Origin: an uncultured Methanotrichaceae archaeon
Lineage (GTDB): Archaea > Halobacteriota > Methanosarcinia > Methanotrichales > Methanotrichaceae
Direction of reading: 5' to 3'
NCBI GenBank assembly: GCA_964589745.1
Contig: CAZPUO010000001.1
Location: 1-42,214, forward strand
Length of the DNA: 42,214 bases
The number at the start of each line of letters is the position of its first letter. Positions within the stretch are counted from its first letter, which is position 1. The position numbers and the translations under genes were made by a program. The notes below the pieces were generated by a model. The model did not search any database and was not told where the DNA came from. It was given only the letters and a program-made list of their open reading frames with translations. This document shows positions 1 through 6,740 of this stretch, in pieces.

Positions 1-2
1 GC

Positions 3-68
3 AACGGTTACTGGATTGTAGACGCCAGAATCATGCTCAGGCTAAATAATGGGGAGGTAATGAAATGA
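3..68 (+). CDS. 3' end of an unidentified upstream gene (partial), possibly coupled to the hydrogenase small subunit gene
   Basis: Open frame 3..68 (NGYWIVDARIMLRLNNGEVMK*); its TGA overlaps the ATG at 65 (ATGA); GGGGAGGT RBS-like motif at 51-58. Confidence 0.45.
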   Translation, partial: NGYWIVDARIMLRLNNGEVMK

Positions 69-1039
69 AACCAATAAATCTTATTTGGCTGCACGGACAG
101 AGTTGCGGCGGGGATACTGTATCTCTAATCGGGGCGGGTGAGCCTTCATTCATCGACGTGCTGACCGGCATGCTCCCTGAAGTAGGTAATATTAAACTTG
201 CATTTCATCCCATGATTATGGCGTCGTGGGGAGAAAGAGCAATGGGCGTTCTGGCTGACGCTCGGGAAGGTAAGCTAGACCCTTATCTCCTTATTTTTGA
301 GGGCTCTATTCCTGATGAAGAGCAGGCGTTCCGGCAGGGAGGATTCTTCTGCTCGGTTGGTGACAGAGCAGGCAAGCTGGTCACCGCCAACGAGTTACTA
401 CTCGAACTAAAGGGTAGAGCAGCTGCTACTGTAGCAGTAGGTACCTGTGCTGCCTTTGGCGGCATTGTTGCCGGGAAGCCCAATCTCACTGGGGCTAAAG
501 GACTAATGGATTTCCTGGGGAAGGACTACCGGAGTGCCCTTGGCCTCCCAGTGATAAACGTGTCTGGCTGTCCCGCTTCGGGAGATAATTACATCAAAGC
601 TCTGGCTTATATTGCGTTAATGGCCAGAGGTGTCGTTACAGTGCCGCCGGAGCTTGATGAGCACAACCGGCTCAAGTTTCTTCATGGAGAGCTAGCCCAC
701 CATATTTGCCCCCGCGGTGGTTACTTCGCTGTCGGAAAATATTCGTATCAGTTCGGTGATCCTTATTGCATGGTATGGCTCGGCTGCAAGGGACCTATCA
801 GTTATTGTCAGGTGCCACGAGATAAGTTTGCCGGGCACTTCGGCGGCTGTACCACGGTTGGGTCTCCATGTATAGGCTGCACGGAACCGGGTTTTCCTGA
901 TGAGCCCTTTTCTCCATTCTTTGAAATGGCTCCAGCGAAATCTCTGGCAACAGGCACCACTCAAGGAAGTCCGCACTTTATAAAAGAATGCGCCACTGCC
1001 CAGGAGCATCTGTTCCATTTAATTTCAAGGAGGATATAA
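65..1039 (+). CDS. [NiFe]-hydrogenase small subunit, group 1h-like, no Tat signal
   Basis: WLHGQSCGGD (Cys-x-x-Asp proximal site), FEGSIP, VGTCAAFGG, GCPASG, distal H-x2-C...C-x5-C (HHICPR...CMVWLGCKGP), medial YC...GGC...PCIGC; no RRxFxK leader. Confidence 0.93.
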   Translation: MKPINLIWLHGQSCGGDTVSLIGAGEPSFIDVLTGMLPEVGNIKLAFHPMIMASWGERAMGVLADAREGKLDPYLLIFEGSIPDEEQAFRQGGFFCSVGDRAGKLVTANELLLELKGRAAATVAVGTCAAFGGIVAGKPNLTGAKGLMDFLGKDYRSALGLPVINVSGCPASGDNYIKALAYIALMARGVVTVPPELDEHNRLKFLHGELAHHICPRGGYFAVGKYSYQFGDPYCMVWLGCKGPISYCQVPRDKFAGHFGGCTTVGSPCIGCTEPGFPDEPFSPFFEMAPAKSLATGTTQGSPHFIKECATAQEHLFHLISRRI

Positions 1040-1044
1040 CTGCT

Positions 1045-2790
1045 ATGGTCACGCAGAAAGTTGAGGTTGACATTGAGCCTTTAACCCGGATAGAAGGACA
1101 CCTTGGCATTCATGCCAAGGCTGACATGGAGCAAAGAAAATACGTGGATGCCTATTGCTACGCCACCATGTTCCGGGGAATTGAAGTTATCCTCAAGGAT
1201 CGTGAACCGGCAGACGCTATCTGGCTCACGCAGCGGGTGTGCGGCGTCTGCCCGACCCCTCATGGCACAGCAGCCGCACTCGCTGTTGACATGTGCTACC
1301 AGGCACCGCCACCACCCTTTGCCGTTGCTATGAGAAATATGATCGAGCTATCCGAAGAAGTGTATGACGGTGCGTTGGGATGCGGAATACTGGAAGGCCC
1401 TGATTATTCCGAGGTTATCATGTCCAGGCTCAATCCCGATATTATGGCGCAGGCTAACAGGACCAAGTCTCCCAGGGTTGACTACCACGGGTACGAGACT
1501 ATAGGGGACATTATGCGCGGTTTGAACCCCATCACTGGAAGCCTGTGGCGGAAATGCCTCAACGGTTCAAAGGTAGGCATAGAGATGGCCTCTTTGATGG
1601 GCGGCAAGCATCCTCACGTTCAGACCCTGATACCGGGAGGAGTAGCTAAGACAACAACTACCAAGGATTTGGAGACCTTCTATGCTCTGGTAGCGCGCGA
1701 GATAGCCTTTACCAAAGAACTGGTCTGTGTATTTGACGATTTGCTGGACTTCTGCTCAGGAGTCGGACTCGATAAAACCGGGGTGACATCTCCCAATCTT
1801 CTGAGTCATGGGATGTACGACGACCCGTTTGCCTACGATGCGGAATATGGTCATATGTCTGACTGGGGTGAGAAAAGGGCAATGACCCCTGGCATAGTTC
1901 TCGATGGCAAGCTGATAACCACTGACCTGGTAGAAATACAGGTAGGAACTAATGAGTTTGTTACTCATTCCTATTACGATGAGACGCCAGCAGCAGAGAT
2001 AGAAAACGATGCGCTGGGCAACAGGTTAAGCAAAGACCACCCCTGGAACGAGGAAAGCCCGGCTAGGCCTGGGAAAGAAAAGGACTGGCAAAACAAATAT
2101 AGCTGGGCGAAGAGTCCACGCTGGCAGGATTGGAAGCGAAGGATAGAAGGCCAGACTTACGCGCTTGAGGCAGGGCCTCTGGCGCGGATGTGGGTTGCCG
2201 CCCTTGCCAGGAAAGTCCCCGAGGCTACCGGTACTTCATTTAAATTTACCCTGCCCGCTGGCGCGGTCGAAGGATTCCGGGTGCCGCAGGAGCTTACCCT
2301 GGAATGGAAAATACCGAAGACCATCAATGCCCTAGAGCGTATAAGAGCGCGAGCCTACTTTCATGCGTTTTCAGCGTATCATGCCTATCGCACCTTTACT
2401 CAAGCTATTGACCTTATCAACAAAGGGCAGGCAAATACATGGACTCGCTATACCAAACCCAAAGAGGGATTGGGTGTCGGTATGACCGAGGCTATGAGAG
2501 GTGCCCTGGCACACTGGTGCGTTATGCGTAATGGGAAAATTCACCGTTATCAGATAATAACACCAACTGCCTGGAACTGCGGTCCCCGCGACCAGCAGGG
2601 TCGGCTTGGACCCATTGAGAATGCGATTATAGGAACTCCCATTACAGAAAATCCGTCCGATGGTAAACTCGATGGCATCGACGTGGTTCGGACCGTGAGG
2701 AGCTTTGATCCATGTCTGGCGTGCTGTGTGGGCCTTTACACGCCTGATGGTCATATTATCGCTACTATAGACCTAGAACACATTCACTAG
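1045..2790 (+). CDS. [NiFe]-hydrogenase large subunit, group 1h-like
   Basis: TRIEGH, FRGIE, L1 RVCGVCPTPH, L2 RSFDPCLACCVG plus an 18-aa C-terminal extension; segments HGYETIGDIMRGLNP, HPWN, YSWAKSPRW, ERIRARAY recall HhyL. Start placed at ATG 1045 after AGGAGG (1028-1033) rather than 988. Confidence 0.93.
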   Translation: MVTQKVEVDIEPLTRIEGHLGIHAKADMEQRKYVDAYCYATMFRGIEVILKDREPADAIWLTQRVCGVCPTPHGTAAALAVDMCYQAPPPPFAVAMRNMIELSEEVYDGALGCGILEGPDYSEVIMSRLNPDIMAQANRTKSPRVDYHGYETIGDIMRGLNPITGSLWRKCLNGSKVGIEMASLMGGKHPHVQTLIPGGVAKTTTTKDLETFYALVAREIAFTKELVCVFDDLLDFCSGVGLDKTGVTSPNLLSHGMYDDPFAYDAEYGHMSDWGEKRAMTPGIVLDGKLITTDLVEIQVGTNEFVTHSYYDETPAAEIENDALGNRLSKDHPWNEESPARPGKEKDWQNKYSWAKSPRWQDWKRRIEGQTYALEAGPLARMWVAALARKVPEATGTSFKFTLPAGAVEGFRVPQELTLEWKIPKTINALERIRARAYFHAFSAYHAYRTFTQAIDLINKGQANTWTRYTKPKEGLGVGMTEAMRGALAHWCVMRNGKIHRYQIITPTAWNCGPRDQQGRLGPIENAIIGTPITENPSDGKLDGIDVVRTVRSFDPCLACCVGLYTPDGHIIATIDLEHIH

Positions 2791-2803
2791 ACGGAGACAA
2801 ATA

Positions 2804-3271
2804 TTGGAACCAAAGACCCTGATATGTGGATTCGGCAACAGCCTGAGAAGAGATGATGGGCTCGGAGCATACGTCATTGACCAGCTGGCAAAGCGGGAGC
2901 TGCCTGATTACATTACCTTAAGAGATTTCGGTACTTCAGGTTTTCGAGCAGCCCTTGAGATGGGCGATTATGACAGGGTTATTGTAATAGATGCTATCAG
3001 GGCGAGGGGAAAGCCGGGTACTCTGTATCGGATGGTTCTTGGCTACGAAAATATAGTCGGTAACAATCTACCCGGTTCCTTCGTGATCAGCCTACATGAA
3101 GTCGGACTCGAGAGAGCTCTGGCTACGGCTTTCTTCGTTGGCCGCTTTCCTAAGGAAGTAGTTATTCTGGGTTGTGAACCTGAGGATGTCTCGTTTGGTT
3201 TAACACCATCAAAAATAGTTAAGGGAGCAGTAAAGCGGCTCCTGGAACTTGTTGTCAGTGAAATTGAGTAG
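2804..3271 (+). CDS. hydrogenase maturation endopeptidase (HyaD/HycI family)
   Basis: GFGNSLRRDDGLG, VIVIDA, SLHEVGL, LGCEP motifs; directly follows the large subunit; TTG start. Confidence 0.92.
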   Translation: MEPKTLICGFGNSLRRDDGLGAYVIDQLAKRELPDYITLRDFGTSGFRAALEMGDYDRVIVIDAIRARGKPGTLYRMVLGYENIVGNNLPGSFVISLHEVGLERALATAFFVGRFPKEVVILGCEPEDVSFGLTPSKIVKGAVKRLLELVVSEIE

Positions 3272-3326
3272 AGAAAACATACCTGAAAGCCAATATTTAA
3301 CTCCAATAACCAAAGGAGGACATTTT

Positions 3327-3410
3327 ATGGATACAGAAGCATTACCTGATATCGGGTACGGGATGTGTGTTATTGGTTCTAAGGAGGATAGCAAATTTGA
3401 TGCTCCATAG
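3327..3410 (+). pseudogene. N-terminal fragment of a flavin reductase / high-molecular-weight rubredoxin-type gene
   Basis: AAAGGAGG RBS then 27 aa MDTEALPDIGYGMCVIGSKEDSKFDAP*, resembling the MDxxALxxIxYGxYVIxS start of flavin reductase-like proteins; stop coincides with the start of the duplicated segment at 3409. Confidence 0.55.
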
Positions 3411-3460
3411 TCTCCTGTATAGCTTTAGCATCCGACAAAAAGTAAAATTTGGAGGAAAAT

Positions 3461-3625
3461 ATGGATAAATATGTATGCCTGATATGCGGATGGATATACG
3501 ACCCCGCAAAAGGTGACCCTGATGGCGATATTAAACCCGGTATACCTTTTGAAAAGCTGCCCGATAGCTGGGTATGTCCCATTTGTGGGGTGGGGAAGGA
3601 TCAATTCGAAAAGATGGCAGAGTAA
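3461..3625 (+). CDS. rubredoxin (54 aa; absent from the ORF track)
   Basis: [54 protein letters not shown]: two CxxCG knuckles; GGAGG RBS at 3451-3455. Confidence 0.96.
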   Translation: MDKYVCLICGWIYDPAKGDPDGDIKPGIPFEKLPDSWVCPICGVGKDQFEKMAE

Positions 3626-3684
3626 AGCCGCAGTCTCCTGTATAGCTTTAACATCCGACAAAAAAGTAAAAATTGGAGGAAAAG

Positions 3685-3771
3685 ATTGATAAATATGTAT
3701 GCCTGATATGCGGATGGATATACGACCCCGCAAAAGGTGACCCTGATGGCGATATTAAATTCGGTATACCT
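3685..3771 (+). pseudogene. truncated second rubredoxin copy
   Basis: Start mutated ATG>ATT; encodes [29 protein letters not shown] then diverges; second CxxC missing. Confidence 0.85.
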
Positions 3772-3800
3772 CTGATGCCACGATCTTGCTTGTGTCAGAG

Positions 3801-3926
3801 GTAATTGCCGATGCAGTAAACAATGGACTAGAAGTGTTGCAGGCTTTAAAGCTACAGAGATATGTCCTGGTGTTGATGGACATCGTGATGCAGGTGATAA
3901 ATGATGAACAAGCTTCACCATTCTGA
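3801..3926 (+). pseudogene. response-regulator receiver domain relic
   Basis: VIADAVNNGLEVLQALKLQRYVLVLMDIVMQV resembles the REC consensus ADAVANGLEVLQALERQxYDLVLMDIQMP; no obvious start and the C-terminal half is missing. Confidence 0.65.
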
Positions 3927-3993
3927 TGAAATACTTGGGATAACCTGATCGAACCAGTCGTGATATGCGAAAATCTCATCTTCAACTTATGCC

Positions 3994-4197
3994 TGATCGA
4001 AAAATTAGATTTACTCGTAATATCGTGCGGGGGTTCCCGTACCTCGCACAATCATGCTGGATAGGATGATAATATGGGGAAAGAAAATTACCGGTAATTT
4101 ATTCTACGCCCTAAGCCGCGGGTATTACGATAAATAATATCTATACACGAACACGCTTTGCATGATCGAAAAATCAGACTTCATCAAACTATCGTGC
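3994..4197. repeat. pair of 35-bp imperfect direct repeats enclosing a hairpin and a 16-bp palindrome
   Basis: TGATCGAAAAATTAGATTTACTCGTAATATCGTGC (3994-4028) vs TGATCGAAAAATCAGACTTCATCAAACTATCGTGC (4163-4197), 28/35 identical; AAATTACCGGTAATTT at 4085-4100. Confidence 0.7.
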
Positions 4198-4208
4198 TTC
4201 AGAGTCTA

Positions 4209-4595
4209 CTAAACTTCGTTGATCACTGTGTACTCATCGAGATCTATAATCTGGTCATTATGCTCCTGTCGCCCTTCTCTTGACCCCATCAATGAAAGCA
4301 AGAGCGCGCCTGCAGCCGAGATGATCGCCGGCAGAGCAATCCCGCTTCTATTCATCGATCTTAGGAGCACCACTGCCAGAACGCTCTTTAGCAAGGCCGG
4401 GATATATCCGGGCCTGATGCTGCCTTTGGTCATAGGGAAGAGATGGCTCACGAGGGCACCTATTATTGAGCCTGGCGATGGCCGCAAGACCCAACTCACA
4501 GACTTCACAAGCCCGACCATGATGGCTTCCGTTACCGCTCGGTCCAGAATGGCGGCCCAGATTAAGGTTTTTATCAACCTAGTCAGAGTTCCCAT
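4209..4595 (-). CDS. hypothetical membrane protein
   Basis: ORF with several hydrophobic segments and an acidic tail (QIIDLDEYTVINEV); likely start MGTLTRL at 4595, ORF open to 4649. Confidence 0.6.
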   Translation of the reverse strand: MGTLTRLIKTLIWAAILDRAVTEAIMVGLVKSVSWVLRPSPGSIIGALVSHLFPMTKGSIRPGYIPALLKSVLAVVLLRSMNRSGIALPAIISAAGALLLSLMGSREGRQEHNDQIIDLDEYTVINEV

Positions 4596-4677
4596 CGACT
4601 CATCTTCCCTGTTAATATTGCTGCTTTGATATATCAGTATCCTATGCATCCCAGGCTATTTATCCCCACCCATAACA

Positions 4678-4902
4678 TCACTCTTCCAGCCAGAACCTTT
4701 CCGGCCAAAGCACCCTCTCCTCACTCCGTTGCCTTATCATCTCCTCCACCTCCTGGATGGTGATACCAAATACCTCAGCCAGGATCTCCTTGGCGGCATG
4801 AAGCTCCATCTCGGTCAGATCTTTGCCGTCATTTCGCGGATGGCTGCGGGGCAGAAGCGGATGCCTTTTGGACTTGCCCAGGTGATCGAGGACTTTCGCC
4901 AT
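4678..4902 (-). CDS. small hypothetical protein
   Basis: 74-aa ATG-start ORF with an amphipathic helical C-half (AAKEILAEVFGITIQEVEEMIRQR). Confidence 0.55.
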   Translation of the reverse strand: MAKVLDHLGKSKRHPLLPRSHPRNDGKDLTEMELHAAKEILAEVFGITIQEVEEMIRQRSEERVLWPERFWLEE

Positions 4903-5210
4903 GGGTGGAAAAATACTGCATGCAAGCTTAAGTACTTTGCTAGAAGAATAACCATCCGTGAGTCAATTTTTCACAGTGCGGGTGCGTACAACCTTTGAAC
5001 TGACGCATTGGAATATTTACGAATCGTATACAACTTAATAATTATCAATTATCTGCCCCTAATATATATTTTACCAATAATTCAAATAAGTCTCGATCCA
5101 TATTGTTAATTCTACAGATGAAGCTACTTGGTCGGGGAAAAGCAGCTGCCTTGGATTGTTCGTAATCCTCAACAACGTTTTTCTCGTAGACATCCATTTC
5201 GGCACAACTT

Positions 5211-6740
5211 TTAGAATTGGCTTCTGCCGAAGATCTTGGTCATTTCTTTCAAACGTGCGTCAATCTTCATCTGCTCGGGAAGCAGCCGCCACTGATAATT
5301 GCCTACTGTCTGCCCGGGCCTGTTCATCCTGGCTTCTTCTCCCAGCGAAAGGATATCTTGCATGGGAATGATGACGATATCTGCAACCGAAGCCATAGCC
5401 AATCGTATCAGTTCCCACGAAATATTCTTATCCGATACCTCTCTTCCTAGGTAGCTGAATATGCGACGTCGATCATCTGGAGATGCCTCATTCTCGAACC
5501 ATCCCCGCGAAGTGTTGTTATCATGAGTTCCCGTGTACACCACACAGTTTTTCACATGATTGTGTGGTGCATAAGGATTTTCAGGCAGAGTCTCTCCGAA
5601 GGCAAAGAGAAGTACCTTCATGCCCGGCAGATCAAACCGGCTAATGACCTCTCTTACGTCAGGTGTGATAAATCCCAAGTCCTCAGCTATTATTGGCAGA
5701 TTCGGGAAGCGCCTGAATAAGGCAGGGAAAAAATCCGAGGGCACCTTCACCCAAGCTCCCTCTGTAGCCGTTTTTTTGCCTGCAGGCACCTCCCAATAGG
5801 CCACAAGGCCTCTGAAGTGGTCTATCCTGATGAGATCGAAGATCTTTTGATTATGCTCCAACCGGCGGACCCACCATGAGTACCCATCTTTTTTGAGCAC
5901 ATCCCACCTATAAAGCGGATTGCCCCAAAGCTGGCCTGTTTTGGAGAAGTAATCTGGAGGAACACCTGCAGCCGTATTAGGCTTTTTTTTATCGTCCAGG
6001 CTAAAGATCTCAGGTCTGGTCCAGACATCAGAGCTGTCGTAGTTGACGTATATGGGCATATCGCCAATGAATTGGATTGCCCGTGATTTGCAGTAGCTCT
6101 TCAAGCCAGTCCACTGCAAAAAAAAAGTAAATTGGAGGAATTTGTGCATCCAAATATCCTCACGAAGCTCACGCCTCATCTCTCCCAGTGCCTCACTCGT
6201 TCTGTCGCGTAAGCCTTCTGGCCATTTGCTCCAGATACGACCCCCAAAATGAGATTTTATCGCAGAAAAGAGAGCAAAGTCCTCCAGCCAGAAGGCATTG
6301 TCGCCGCAAAACTTCATGTAACTGCATCTATTGGGCGACGTAAAATCTTTAATTGCTATGTCCTTTCCTCCATCGCTACGGAAAGATTCGTATGCTATTT
6401 TCAGAATTCTGTTCTTGTATTTAATGACCGAAGGGTAATCTACGCTGCTTTCCGGAAAGCCTGGACGGTTTTCCAGATCCTCTTTGGAGATCAGACCTTC
6501 TCTTAACAGTATCTCAGGACTGATGAGGAGCGGGTTACCTGCATAGATCGACCTGCTATCGTAGGGCGCATTGCCACAGATTGGGTCCGTTGGCCCTAGG
6601 GGAAGGACCTGCCAGAAGCATTGCTGGTTCTCGGCTAGGAGGTCGGCAAAGCGATAGGCGGTCGGACCCAGGTCGCCTATACCATAGGCCGAAGGAAGGG
6701 AGGTGATGTGAAGAAGTACTCCACTTCCTCTGACCCTCAT
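5211..6740 (-). CDS. malQ: 4-alpha-glucanotransferase (amylomaltase, GH77)
   Basis: GVLLHITSLP, GVPPDYFS, QLWGNP, RIDHFRG, AEDLG, TGTHDN; start MRVRG at 6740 overlaps the treY stop (ATGA). Confidence 0.96.
   Translation of the reverse strand: MRVRGSGVLLHITSLPSAYGIGDLGPTAYRFADLLAENQQCFWQVLPLGPTDPICGNAPYDSRSIYAGNPLLISPEILLREGLISKEDLENRPGFPESSVDYPSVIKYKNRILKIAYESFRSDGGKDIAIKDFTSPNRCSYMKFCGDNAFWLEDFALFSAIKSHFGGRIWSKWPEGLRDRTSEALGEMRRELREDIWMHKFLQFTFFLQWTGLKSYCKSRAIQFIGDMPIYVNYDSSDVWTRPEIFSLDDKKKPNTAAGVPPDYFSKTGQLWGNPLYRWDVLKKDGYSWWVRRLEHNQKIFDLIRIDHFRGLVAYWEVPAGKKTATEGAWVKVPSDFFPALFRRFPNLPIIAEDLGFITPDVREVISRFDLPGMKVLLFAFGETLPENPYAPHNHVKNCVVYTGTHDNNTSRGWFENEASPDDRRRIFSYLGREVSDKNISWELIRLAMASVADIVIIPMQDILSLGEEARMNRPGQTVGNYQWRLLPEQMKIDARLKEMTKIFGRSQF

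Larger units (their letters stand above)
3409..3771 (+). repeat. near-identical ~140-bp direct duplication (3409-3547 and 3632-3771) of the rubredoxin upstream region and 5' half
   Basis: Both copies run AGTCTCCTGTATAGCTTTA...GATGGCGATATTAAA..CGGTATACCT with only a few differences. Confidence 0.95.

Noticed and set aside
988-1044. N-terminal extension of the hydrogenase large subunit in the ORF track
   Set aside because: Overlaps the small subunit; AGGAGG and homology support ATG 1045.
3379-3921. Three minus-strand ORFs sharing similar peptide text
   Set aside because: Antisense shadows of the duplicated rubredoxin on the + strand.
4868-4877. TGGACTTG match to the tRNA-Ala 3' end as a possible att site
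   Set aside because: Only 8 bp and inside an ORF; expected by chance.
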